DNA of 64,000 bases, taken from positions 124,001 through 188,000 of the forward strand of contig CDROCS010002469.1 of assembly GCA_977020255.1 (NCBI GenBank). The letters are read 5' to 3'. Origin of the DNA: Obrimoposthia wandeli (lineage: Eukaryota). Under the pieces are notes generated by a model that saw only the letters and a program-made list of their open reading frames with translations, did no database searches and was not told the DNA's origin. Position numbers and translations under genes: made by a program. Within the stretch, counting starts at the first letter, position 1. Every line of letters begins with the position of its first letter. Below, in pieces: positions 54,824-64,000 of this stretch.

Positions 54824-56365
54824 ATGAATAATACAATAAAGAATATGAGCTTAATGCTCAGTGGCGCGCTTATAGGTTCAATATTAATCGTTTATATCCT
54901 GCCTTATATCCAATCTTATTTAAGGGTTGTAAGTGCTATGGAGCAAGGCATTACGTCAAGTAATAATGAACCTGAGCCTCTTTACTGGGTAGCCCCAATG
55001 GATGCTAATTTTCGTCGTGATAAGCCCGGTTTATCGCCGATGGGAATGGATTTAGTACCTTTCTATCCTAGCGGAGATAATAGTAGCCCTGGCACTATTA
55101 GCGTTTCGCCTGAAGTTGTTAACAACTTAGGTGTGAAGCTGGCGAGTGTGCTGCAAAAACCATTGCAATTGCAGGTCAATACCGTCGGTTATGTTAAATA
55201 TAATCAAGATAAAATGGTACATGTGCACCCAAGAGTTGAGGGATGGTTAGAAAAAGTTTATGTAACCTCAGCCGGTGAACCGGTGAAAAAAGGCCAAGCA
55301 CTATATGAGCTGTATTCCCCAGAATTGGTCAATGCACAAGAAGAGTTTCTATTTGCACTACAACGCAACGATAAGAGATTAATCAATGCAGCGCAGCGCC
55401 GATTGCGCTCATTACAATTACCTGAAAAAGCCATTCGCCAATTACGCAAAGATCGCCAGTTACAACAGAGTGTGACCTTTTATGCTCCTATAAGCGGCGT
55501 AGTAGAAAATTTTTCGATGCAGGCAGGTTTTTTTGTAAAGCCTGGTAAAATGCTGATGTCGATTGTCTCACTAGACCAGGTTTGGGTGGAAGCCCAAGTA
55601 TTTGAGCGCCAGGCAAGCTTGATAGAGCGCGGTGCACCTGTCAGCGTAAAACTCGACTACCTACCTAATAGAGTGTGGCGCACCACTGTCGATTATATCT
55701 ACCCAACCCTTGATAAAATGAACCGTACTTTAAGAGTGAGGTTACGCTTAGATAATCAAGATCTAGTACTCAAACCTAATATGTACGCCGATGTACAAAT
55801 TGACGTACCACAAACAGAACCGGTTTTAAGTGTACCGCGAGAAGCACTGATTCGTGTTGGCAATCAAGACCGCATTGTACTATCACTGGGGCAAGGACGT
55901 TTTAAATCCATCGCGGTGACTGCTGGGCGGAGTGACTCACAGCGTATTGAGATACTTGAAGGTTTAAAAAAGAATGAAGTAGTGGTGAATTCTGCACAGT
56001 TTTTGCTAGATTCTGAATCAAGTAAAACATCGGACTTTAAGCGTATTGACGTAGCAGGTAAGCAAGAAAACACTGCGCAAATAAAAGATGAAACATCAGA
56101 TGCAGTATGGGTATTAGCGCAAGTCGATCAGCAAATACGTGATCAAATGCAAGTAAAATTAACTCACCAAGCAATCCCCCAATGGCAGTGGCCCGTAATG
56201 ACCATGAACTTCAAACTCGATAAGAAACTTAACTTTGATAAGTTAGGTATCGGTCAAGAGTTAGCTGTAAAACTGGCACGAGGAGAAGATAATCAATATC
56301 GATTATTAGACACCGCACCTGCCGATCAAATAAGTAAAATGATGAAACAGGAGTCACAGCCATGA
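54824..56365 (+). CDS. cusB: CusB-type periplasmic adaptor with N-terminal heavy-metal-binding motif and C-terminal CusF-like domain
   Basis: YWVAPMD..FRRDKPG.SPMGMDLVP, LYSPELVNAQEE, YIYP.LD...RT, LKPNMYA, FLLDSES; tail H.AIP.W.WP.MTM.F. Confidence 0.88.
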   Translation: MNNTIKNMSLMLSGALIGSILIVYILPYIQSYLRVVSAMEQGITSSNNEPEPLYWVAPMDANFRRDKPGLSPMGMDLVPFYPSGDNSSPGTISVSPEVVNNLGVKLASVLQKPLQLQVNTVGYVKYNQDKMVHVHPRVEGWLEKVYVTSAGEPVKKGQALYELYSPELVNAQEEFLFALQRNDKRLINAAQRRLRSLQLPEKAIRQLRKDRQLQQSVTFYAPISGVVENFSMQAGFFVKPGKMLMSIVSLDQVWVEAQVFERQASLIERGAPVSVKLDYLPNRVWRTTVDYIYPTLDKMNRTLRVRLRLDNQDLVLKPNMYADVQIDVPQTEPVLSVPREALIRVGNQDRIVLSLGQGRFKSIAVTAGRSDSQRIEILEGLKKNEVVVNSAQFLLDSESSKTSDFKRIDVAGKQENTAQIKDETSDAVWVLAQVDQQIRDQMQVKLTHQAIPQWQWPVMTMNFKLDKKLNFDKLGIGQELAVKLARGEDNQYRLLDTAPADQISKMMKQESQP

Positions 56366-59300
56366 TTGGCGCTATTATTCGCTGGTCAGTGAACAATAGG
56401 CTGATGGTATTACTCGCAGCGTTAATGTTAGTAACTGGTGGTTTGTATTCACTGCAAAAAACACCATTAGATGCGATTCCCGATTTATCTGATGTGCAAG
56501 TAATTATTAAAACCAGTTATCCGGGGCAAGCACCGCAAGTAGTTGAAGATCAAGTCACTTACCCGCTGACCACCGCGATGTTGTCGGTGCCAGGTGCTCA
56601 AACGGTACGCGGATTCTCATTTTTTGGTGATTCTTATGTATATGTTATTTTTGATGATGACACTGATATGTACTGGGCACGCAGTCGAGTATTAGAGTAT
56701 CTCAGCCAAGTTATCCCCTCATTACCCGCCGCCGCTAAACCGCAGTTAGGACCCGATGCGACTGGTGTTGGTTGGGTTTATTTATATGCGTTAGTCGATA
56801 AAAGTGGCAAACACGATATTAGCGAATTGCGCAGTTTACAAGACTGGTTTCTGAAGTATGAGCTACAAACGGTCGCGGGTGTTTCAGAAGTTGCCGCTAT
56901 TGGCGGTTTAGTAAAGCAGTATCAAGTGAGCGTTAACCCTGAAAAATTACGCGCCTATAACCTGCCACTCTCACATATTCAAACAGCGATTAAACGCGGT
57001 AACCAAGAAATTGGTGCATCCGTCATTGAGATGGCAGAAGCAGAGTATATGGTACGTGCCAGCGGCTATATCCAAAGCCGTGAAGATCTGGAAAACATCC
57101 CACTAGGATTAGATGATAGCGGCACTCCACTGCTACTTAAAGACGTTGCTGACATTAATATCGGCCCACAAATGCGCCGTGCAGTGGCAGAGCTAAACGG
57201 TGAAGGTGAAGTGGCTGGTGGCGTCGTTGTAATGCGCTTTGGAGAAAACGCTCAGCACACGATTGATGGTGTGAAAGCTAAACTTGAGTCATTAGAAAAA
57301 GGGCTGCCTGAAGGCGTTGAAATTGTCACGGTATACGATCGCTCCGGGTTAATTGGCCGCGCTGTTGATAACCTCTGGACCAAGCTACTTGAAGAGTTCG
57401 TGGTAGTTGCATTGGTGTGTGTCGCCTTTTTATTCCACGTACGTTCCTCTTTAGTTGCTATTATTTGCTTGCCAGTAGGTATCTTGACTGCGTTTATTGT
57501 TATGTACATGCAAGGCATTAATGCCAACATTATGTCGCTAGGAGGTATCGCAATAGCCATCGGCGCCATGATTGATGGTGCTATCGTCATGATAGAAAAC
57601 ATGCACAAGCATATGGAGCGAACTCCATTAACCAACGAGAACCGGTGGCGAATTGTCGCTGAATCTGCGAGTGAAGTGGGTCCAGCACTGTTCTTTAGTT
57701 TGATGATTATTACGGTGAGCTTTGTGCCAGTGTTTACGCTAGAGGCACAAGAGGGAAAAATGTTCGCGCCATTAGCTTTCACTAAAACCTACGCGATGGC
57801 GGCATCCGCAGCTCTTGCGATTACGCTAGTACCGGTATTAATGGGTTACTTCATACGTGGAAAAGTACTGCCTGAGCACAAAAACCCGCTCAATAAAGTG
57901 CTCTCAGCAATGTATTTCCCGGTTTTAAGAAAAGCACTTAAGTATCCAAAAATAACGCTACTGAGCGCCGTGGCGATTTGTTTGCTTGGTCTTTGGCCGC
58001 TGGATAAAATCGGCAGTGAATTTATCCCCCCATTAGATGAAGGAGATTTAATGTATATGCCCACCACTTATCCGAGTATATCCATTGGTGAAGCACGCCA
58101 ATTACTGCAGCAAACAGATAAACTAATTCGCAGCTTGCCTGAGGTAGAAACAGTGTTCGGCAAAGCCGGTCGTGCAGAAACTGCCACAGACCCAGCTCCA
58201 CTGACCATGATTGAAACCTTTATTCAGTTTAAGCCGCGCAGCGAATGGCGAGATGGCGTTACCCCCGCAAGCTTGAAAAAAGAGCTAGATGCGCTAGTAA
58301 ATATCCCAGGTATTACTAATGCTTGGGTAATGCCGATCAAAACCCGTATTGATATGCTAGCCACCGGTATCAAAACACCTGTGGGTATTAAAATAGCGGG
58401 GCCGGACCTGAAAACAATTCAGCAAATTGGTCAGCAACTTGAAACCATTGTAAAAGCGATACCCGGTACTGCCTCTGTTTATTCAGAGCGAGTTGCTGGT
58501 GGCCGCTATATTAAAGTGGATATCAAGCGGCTTAAAGCGGCGAGATTTGGTCTTAATATTGCTGATGTGCAACAGGTAATATCGGTGGCCATTGGTGGCA
58601 TGAACATCTCAAAAACCATTGAAGGGCTAGAGCGTTACCCCATTAATTTACGTTACCCTCAGCGTTTTCGTAACTCACCGGAGCAACTCAATCTACTGCC
58701 TATCGTCACGCCTGACGGCCAGCGAGTTCCTTTAGGTGACATTGCAGATATTTATATCGAAGAGGGGCCGCCTGGGATAAAAAGTGAAAATGCGCGATTG
58801 AACGGCTGGACACTGATAGATATTGAAGGGATGGATATAGGCAGCTATGTTGAAAATGCTCAGCAAGTCGTCGCTGAGCAGCTGAAACTGCCGACCGGTT
58901 ATTCTATTAATTGGTCCGGCCAGTTTGAGTATATGCAACGCGCGAAAGCTAAGCTCATGTATGTAGTACCTTTGACCCTACTAATCATCGTAATTTTACT
59001 CTTCATTAATTTTCGCAATGTAGCAGAAGTGGCTATTATCATGGGTACACTACCGTTGGCGATGGTGGGCAGTATCTGGCTGATGTATCTTGAAGGGTTT
59101 AACTTCTCTGTGGCGGTGGGTGTTGGTTTCATTGCCCTCGCAGGTGTTGCGGTCGAAATTGGCGTCATTATGCTGGTATATTTAAACCAAGCCTACAAAG
59201 CTATGCTAGATCAATGCAAAGCAGCTAACACATCCCCTACAACCACACTGGTTCGTGAAGCAGTGTTGCAAGGAGCAGGGCTCAGAGTACGCCCAGTGAT

Positions 59301-59496
59301 GATGACCGCCGCTGCTATTATAATAGGCTTACTGCCGATATTATATGGCGATGGCACCGGTTCAGAGGTTATGAGTCGCATTGCCGCTCCAATGGTCGGT
59401 GGCATGGTCAGTGCTGTGATACTGACACTTTTGGTGCTACCTGCTGTATATATGTTGTGGCGTAGTAACGGTATCACTAAAGAATTATCTTCTTAG
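56362..59496 (+). CDS. cusA: CusA/CzcA family heavy-metal RND efflux permease (Cu+/Ag+ type)
   Basis: DAIPDLSDVQVI, QVTYPL, LGPDATGVGW, IMSLGGIAIAIGAM.D, AWVMPIKTRIDML.TGIKTP, GAGLRVRP..MT, GSEVM.RIAAPMVGG. Confidence 0.95.
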   Translation: MIGAIIRWSVNNRLMVLLAALMLVTGGLYSLQKTPLDAIPDLSDVQVIIKTSYPGQAPQVVEDQVTYPLTTAMLSVPGAQTVRGFSFFGDSYVYVIFDDDTDMYWARSRVLEYLSQVIPSLPAAAKPQLGPDATGVGWVYLYALVDKSGKHDISELRSLQDWFLKYELQTVAGVSEVAAIGGLVKQYQVSVNPEKLRAYNLPLSHIQTAIKRGNQEIGASVIEMAEAEYMVRASGYIQSREDLENIPLGLDDSGTPLLLKDVADINIGPQMRRAVAELNGEGEVAGGVVVMRFGENAQHTIDGVKAKLESLEKGLPEGVEIVTVYDRSGLIGRAVDNLWTKLLEEFVVVALVCVAFLFHVRSSLVAIICLPVGILTAFIVMYMQGINANIMSLGGIAIAIGAMIDGAIVMIENMHKHMERTPLTNENRWRIVAESASEVGPALFFSLMIITVSFVPVFTLEAQEGKMFAPLAFTKTYAMAASAALAITLVPVLMGYFIRGKVLPEHKNPLNKVLSAMYFPVLRKALKYPKITLLSAVAICLLGLWPLDKIGSEFIPPLDEGDLMYMPTTYPSISIGEARQLLQQTDKLIRSLPEVETVFGKAGRAETATDPAPLTMIETFIQFKPRSEWRDGVTPASLKKELDALVNIPGITNAWVMPIKTRIDMLATGIKTPVGIKIAGPDLKTIQQIGQQLETIVKAIPGTASVYSERVAGGRYIKVDIKRLKAARFGLNIADVQQVISVAIGGMNISKTIEGLERYPINLRYPQRFRNSPEQLNLLPIVTPDGQRVPLGDIADIYIEEGPPGIKSENARLNGWTLIDIEGMDIGSYVENAQQVVAEQLKLPTGYSINWSGQFEYMQRAKAKLMYVVPLTLLIIVILLFINFRNVAEVAIIMGTLPLAMVGSIWLMYLEGFNFSVAVGVGFIALAGVAVEIGVIMLVYLNQAYKAMLDQCKAANTSPTTTLVREAVLQGAGLRVRPVMMTAAAIIIGLLPILYGDGTGSEVMSRIAAPMVGGMVSAVILTLLVLPAVYMLWRSNGITKELSS

Positions 59497-59512
59497 GTAA
59501 TCTTCTTAGGTA
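59487..59512. repeat. 13-bp tandem duplication ATCTTCTTAGGTA x2 spanning the cusA stop
   Basis: Seen directly. Confidence 0.9.
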
Positions 59513-59588
59513 AAGTCGCTCAAGTAACGAGAAAAAGAACATCCCTCTCATTGAGCACTTTAGCCAGAACAACACGAAGAGTAACAGC

Positions 59589-59723
59589 ACTAATTACAGT
59601 AATAGGAATATCTCAGCTACTACCGATAAAAGCGGTAGTAGCCGTTGCGACACCGGCTAGTTAGTTTTTATCCTTAGGTAACTCTGCTACATACACACTT
59701 GGGTTGCTTAATTGAGATGGCAT
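59589..59723 (-). pseudogene. Relic of a contractile phage-tail/eCIS sheath gene N-terminus
   Basis: Manual translation from ATG 59723: MPSQLSNPSVYVAELPKDKN*LAGVATATTAFIGSS*DIPITVIS. This matches the sheath N-terminal pattern MP....YPGVY.EE.P......GV.T..TAFIG; two in-frame stops. Confidence 0.55.
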
Positions 59724-59795
59724 ACTCAGCTACTAGTGGTCGTGGCGAATTGTACTGTAACTTTGGTATTGCTTGATTATCTGCTGTTATAAAAG

Positions 59796-60398
59796 CTACC
59801 TTTCTGCATCACAGTAATTAACCAATAATGCAGTAACTTCACTAGTAAGTGTTTGCTGATAAGCTAAATCTTCAGTATCAAGCGTTATTAATTCACTAAC
59901 TTTAAGTGGTAAGTGTTGCGAGTAGTGTGCGAACCATTGTTCGATCTGCACTAACTCTTTTAAATTATCAAGATGCCCTGCATGGCGTTTGCGGTGATAG
60001 AAACGGCGGGCTGCGATGTTATTAGAGCACTCACAATATATTTCAATCACCTGCTCAAAGTGTTTTTGCAGCCAAGCTGTTTGAGTGCCTGACAGTGTTT
60101 GCCCATCTTCTATTCGCCAATGCGAAACCAAAACAGCATTCTTTGTTTGCTGCGCTGCCTTTATAAATGCAAGATCAGCTTCACGGCTTAACGTTTGCCG
60201 CCATTCACTATCACCAATGCCCTTTTCTTCAAATAATCTGACTAAAAAATCATCTTTATCAATAAATGGTAATGAAAATTGGCGCGCAACAAAATTACCA
60301 AGCGTGGTTTTCCCGCTGGCTGGATTACCGCTAATAATAAGACAAAACGAATGTTCTACTAAGTACTTAGTCATAGACTTCTCATGAAAATGGCACAT
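59796..60398 (-). CDS. P-loop NTPase/kinase (AAA_33-like)
   Basis: IISGNPASGKTTL, LPFIDKDD, IEIYC.C.......RF..R.RH.GH.D. Confidence 0.8.
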   Translation of the reverse strand: MCHFHEKSMTKYLVEHSFCLIISGNPASGKTTLGNFVARQFSLPFIDKDDFLVRLFEEKGIGDSEWRQTLSREADLAFIKAAQQTKNAVLVSHWRIEDGQTLSGTQTAWLQKHFEQVIEIYCECSNNIAARRFYHRKRHAGHLDNLKELVQIEQWFAHYSQHLPLKVSELITLDTEDLAYQQTLTSEVTALLVNYCDAER

Positions 60399-60988
60399 AA
60401 GCTATTGAGCTGTTTACTCTTTACTTAACTTGCTGCTAATAAATAGCTGATTATGGAGGTATGCTACACAAGGCCGATTACATTTACACTTGCTAAGATC
60501 TACTGTAATACTGCTCTTTTGAGCAGACTTCAACCAACACTAAGTTATGCTTATAGGGTAGAAGTAGAGGTAAATATTTAACAAAAGAAATGACTCTAAT
60601 TGGTGTTTTTACAAACAAAAAAGTGCATTTGAGTATCAAGATGACATCGCCTTAATTCATTAACTTTGTTGCTAACTTCAAATAACCAGTCGTGATGTAT
60701 AAAGCATAAGATCCCAATTACTAGCATCAATATCGCTTGGGCATCAAGCACAACTTGTATCAGCTATCAGGGTAAATCAAAAGTTGAAAAAATTATGCCT
60801 TGATTGTCCCCTTTGTGTGAAAAAGGATTATCGCCTATTAAATATATGCTCATATTAAAGACTATCTACAAATTAAATCACTTGCCATTTAGATCAATGT
60901 AACCTGTAAATTTTTTGTGCCTAATTTATTAGATATACAACCCTGTCACTACAATTATATTCATCAAAGGCTCACAACACTTCTATAA

Positions 60989-61372
60989 CTAAAACAAAGA
61001 GCCCTGATTTAACTCATCTTTCTGGGTGTGTCCACTCCATTGATAAAATTTTAAATCAAGTTTATCCCCCACGAAAATCACCCCTTCCTCTTCCAATAGT
61101 TGCTGCTGCTTTTGCGCCTCGACCCTTTTACTAACCTTACCTTGAGAATTAATAACACGCTGCCAAGGAACATCACCTGGGCAAGTAGCCATTGCATCAC
61201 CTACCCAACGTGCAGAAAATTCTTTATATACATCAAATTTTATACCTTGAGGTAGTGCTATCAATTGAGCAATTTGCCCATAAGTGGCGACTTTCGTAGC
61301 GGGTATTTGGCGAGCTTGATTCCACACTTGCTTACAAAAATCTTGCTGATTTTCATGAGGGATGTAACGCAT
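60989..61372 (-). CDS. Alkyltransferase-like protein (Atl/YbaZ, MGMT family without catalytic Cys)
   Basis: IP..KVATYGQIA, ARWVG.AM, VPWQRVINSQG (PWQR in place of PCHR), LLEEEGV.F. Confidence 0.88.
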   Translation of the reverse strand: MRYIPHENQQDFCKQVWNQARQIPATKVATYGQIAQLIALPQGIKFDVYKEFSARWVGDAMATCPGDVPWQRVINSQGKVSKRVEAQKQQQLLEEEGVIFVGDKLDLKFYQWSGHTQKDELNQGSLF

Positions 61373-61513
61373 ACATTAACTTTCCTTTATTGGAATGAGC
61401 GAGTATTAAATTTTAGTTCAATCAAAGCTAATAACTTTAAAATGCTGGACCTAATAACTCAAGCTTTAGTTAATTTATCGAAAAGTAGCTTAAACAATTT
61501 TAGTCGTCCTTAG

Positions 61514-61537
61514 ATACTTCAATACTTCAATACTTCA
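61514..61537. repeat. Octamer tandem repeat (ATACTTCA)x3
   Basis: Seen directly, intergenic. Confidence 0.8.
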
Positions 61538-61820
61538 TAAATCGAAGTTAGCAGAATTTTTGTAGCCTTGTTTCAAGCTTTTTGTGTGGATTTCTTGCAT
61601 TATAATCACTCCAAGCACTGGATTGTATTACATAGGAAAATTGCAGACTTTCTGGAGAAAGGTGAGCCGAATATTTGAGAAATAAACTTCTCAAATATAT
61701 CAACGCATTAGCAATATTGAGTTATACTGCGAATATAGGTTTAGAGTACTTTCCAATTAAGAACACCCAGAACGGGATGGCAACATAAGAAGAGTTGCTG
61801 AATTTAAAAGGTGAATTATC

Positions 61821-62369
61821 ATGAGTATGAATGGTGCTGCAGCACAGCTTCAAACGATGGAAAAGACAGATGCGCCAAAAAAATCTGTTAAATCACGTGC
61901 TGTACAAGAAGAAATTGTATTTAATCAATGGGCAACTTTTAAAGTTAACAACGAACTTTTTGCTATAGATGTAATGCAAGTTAAAGAAGTACTAAGATAC
62001 TCTGAAATAACACCAGTACCCGGATCAAATGCCTATATTCGTGGAATTATCAATCTTCGAGGAAATGTTGTTACTGTCATTGATACCCGATTACTGTTTT
62101 CTTTAGATACACGAGAAACTGACGATGACACCCGTATTATCGTCGTTGATTACAATGAACAAGAAGTAGTAGGTTTGGTCGTTGACAGCGTCGATGAGGT
62201 CGTTAACATCCCGCAAAATGATATAGAACGCTCTCCAAGTGTGGCTAGTGATGATTCTGATCGCCGGTTTGTGCAAGGAGTTAGTTATTATGAAAATAAT
62301 CTAATAATTTTATTAGATCTAGCCAAAATGCTAGGCAGTATTACTCCTATTCTAGATGACAATGTTTAG
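61821..62369 (+). CDS. cheW: Chemotaxis coupling protein CheW (standalone)
   Basis: QWATFKV..E.FAIDVMQVKEVLRY.EITPVPG...GIINLRGNVVTVIDTR, VGLVVDSV.EV. Confidence 0.93.
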   Translation: MSMNGAAAQLQTMEKTDAPKKSVKSRAVQEEIVFNQWATFKVNNELFAIDVMQVKEVLRYSEITPVPGSNAYIRGIINLRGNVVTVIDTRLLFSLDTRETDDDTRIIVVDYNEQEVVGLVVDSVDEVVNIPQNDIERSPSVASDDSDRRFVQGVSYYENNLIILLDLAKMLGSITPILDDNV

Positions 62370-62496
62370 TCAATTGTTAGTAAGTAAAAACTAAAGCTTT
62401 TATAGTCTACACCAAGCACTTCATTTATTTTGGTAAACGAAGTGTTATTCTCCATTGTTTCACTCAATATCGCTCTTTAAATAGTAAAAACATAAA

Positions 62497-63174
62497 CTAG
62501 TTACCCTTTATTCCTGCAAAAACCGCATGCAAATCATCAGATAAAGCTAAATCATCTAAATTCAATTTTTCCTCTATATGATCTAAGTGTTCCATCATTA
62601 ATTCCACTGCTTTTAATACTGATTTTTCACGAATGACATTAACTAATGCTAGATGTTCGTCGTAAGAGCAATGTGTAATACTGCGCTTTTCATATTGAGC
62701 GATAATCAAAGATGTCTGCGGTACTAAACTTCGATGAAACTTTGTTAATTGAGAATTAGCGGCTATTTTGGCTATTTTAAAATGAAATTCACCAGAAAGT
62801 CTAATTCCTGCATACCTATCCCCTCTTTCAAAACACGCTTTTTCTTGCTCCACAATACTTAAAAGGGCTTTCAAATCTTGCTCTGTGTGATTTTCTATGG
62901 CCAGTTCAATAATTGCTTTTTCTACAATACGCCTAGCGAAAAAAATCTGTTTTGATTCTTCAACAGTCACACTGGCAACTATGGCTCCTTTGTTAGGCCT
63001 TAACTGCACAACCTGTTCATGAGAGAGTTTGAGTAGAGAGCGTCTCACAATAGTTCTACTCACACTAAAAATATCCGCGAGAGACTCTTCACTTAACCGT
63101 GTTCCGGGAGCTAATTTTTGCCCTAATATAGCTTCATATACATGCTCATAAACCAAATCTCTATTTTCTAGCAT
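62497..63174 (-). CDS. GntR family (FCD) transcriptional regulator
   Basis: LAPGTRLSEESLADIFSVSRTIVRRSL wHTH; LSGEFH, EH..LV..I FCD. Confidence 0.92.
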   Translation of the reverse strand: MLENRDLVYEHVYEAILGQKLAPGTRLSEESLADIFSVSRTIVRRSLLKLSHEQVVQLRPNKGAIVASVTVEESKQIFFARRIVEKAIIELAIENHTEQDLKALLSIVEQEKACFERGDRYAGIRLSGEFHFKIAKIAANSQLTKFHRSLVPQTSLIIAQYEKRSITHCSYDEHLALVNVIREKSVLKAVELMMEHLDHIEEKLNLDDLALSDDLHAVFAGIKGN

Positions 63175-63249
63175 TTATTTAAACACCAACAATTACCTTT
63201 TTTACGATACTATGCATAGGGTTAGTAGTTACCAATAATGAAATTGGCG

Positions 63250-63744
63250 CTACTGATCAAGATTTAATATCAAGCGTACATACGCTTCTATCTCTGGTTC
63301 AACGGCCTTTGAACTGTTAGTTTTCCAAACTAGATCTCCTTTTCTATTAATAAAAAAAGTAGAAGGTGTCCCAGGAACATCATACATTCTCGCCACTTTA
63401 TCCCCCTGTACAGCTGTTTTAAAAGTCACACCCAAAGTCTCTAGAACTTGTTGTGGGTTTGCTCCTGCTGACTCTCCAATACTAATCGCAAGTACTTCCA
63501 AACCTGATTTATGGTATTTTTTATACAGCCGTTCCAATCCAGGTTGCAACTCTTTGCAAAAAGGACACCAGGTGCCCCAGAAATGTAATATCAGCCCTTT
63601 TCCGCGATAATCCTTAAGCGTAATAGTGTTCCCCGCCTGATCAAACAAAGTAAAATCAGGCGCTTTTTTTGCATACGTAACGCTCGTATAAAACACTATA
63701 ACTAAACACAATAAAACATTAGCGAATTGCTTTGTTATTCTCAT
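63250..63744 (-). CDS. TlpA-family thioredoxin-like disulfide reductase, exported
   Basis: Signal peptide, APDFTL, LHFWGTWCPFC (CxxC), GTPSTFFINRKG. Confidence 0.88.
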   Translation of the reverse strand: MRITKQFANVLLCLVIVFYTSVTYAKKAPDFTLFDQAGNTITLKDYRGKGLILHFWGTWCPFCKELQPGLERLYKKYHKSGLEVLAISIGESAGANPQQVLETLGVTFKTAVQGDKVARMYDVPGTPSTFFINRKGDLVWKTNSSKAVEPEIEAYVRLILNLDQ

Positions 63745-64000
63745 CTCTTTTCCAAAAACCAGCTACACATTGCAATTAAAAAACTTCATCGCCACATGCA
63801 ATTATTCTTAAGATCCAATAGTAAATATTACCAATTTACTTTTACAAGGCACCCGGTACAGATCAGGGTTATTAAGATTTTTACTTTGCTTTTGAATCTC
63901 TCAGCGGCAACGTTTGGTTAAAAATCAACTTTTCCTCTGTACTATCTTGATCGACAACAAAATAGCCAGTGCGTTCAAATTGATAACCATCTTCTACTTG

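Noticed and set aside
57252-57782. 176-aa minus-strand ORF and other short ORFs inside cusA
   Set aside because: Antisense shadows of RND transmembrane segments.
60399-60988. 590-bp intergenic stretch inspected for small genes or ncRNA
   Set aside because: Only short start-less frames and no convincing structure were found; not supported either way.
61644-61673. Possible sigma28 promoter (GCCGAATA) upstream of cheW
   Set aside because: No acceptable TAAA -35 element at the required spacing.

Overview
Bacterial chromosomal window, roughly 40% GC by eye, whose gene content looks like a marine-type gammaproteobacterium. (1) 1-6.3 kb: trigonelline (N-methylnicotinate) catabolic cluster resembling Acinetobacter tgn. 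It has tgnF-tgnD-tgnA-tgnB leftward (tgnB runs off the window and is missing from the ORF track) and GntR, a CMD-family gene and succinate-semialdehyde dehydrogenase rightward. (2) 6.4-12.7 kb: small accessory genes (SRPBCC, a nonsense-interrupted dienelactone hydrolase, VOC, M14 carboxypeptidase, DJ-1/PfpI with divergent MocR). (3) 12.8-46.7 kb: a complete H1/i3-like type VI secretion system with all 13 core genes plus tagF, pppA, fha/tagH, tagJ and ppkA. It embeds a vgrG1b-type effector cassette (VgrG, DUF6484, DUF2169, thiolase-like, DUF4150/PIPY-nuclease toxin, immunity, TIGR02270) with an extra inserted gene. (4) 45.2-51.9 kb: the best candidate for an undescribed system, a four-gene trans-envelope module attached to the T6SS. 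It comprises a membrane Ser/Thr kinase with a periplasmic TPR-like tail, a SEL1/coiled-coil/caspase lipoprotein, an alpha/beta-hydrolase lipoprotein and an Ig-domain autotransporter. No tagQRST is present in the window. (5) 52-59.5 kb: a decayed IS200 followed by a Cys-rich protein and cusCBA-type metal efflux. (6) 59.5-64 kb: a short relic of a contractile tail-sheath gene, a P-loop kinase, an alkyltransferase-like protein, an orphan cheW, a GntR and a TlpA thioredoxin. No rRNA, tRNA or CRISPR array was seen. Family assignments come from motif recognition and memory only; no searches were run.
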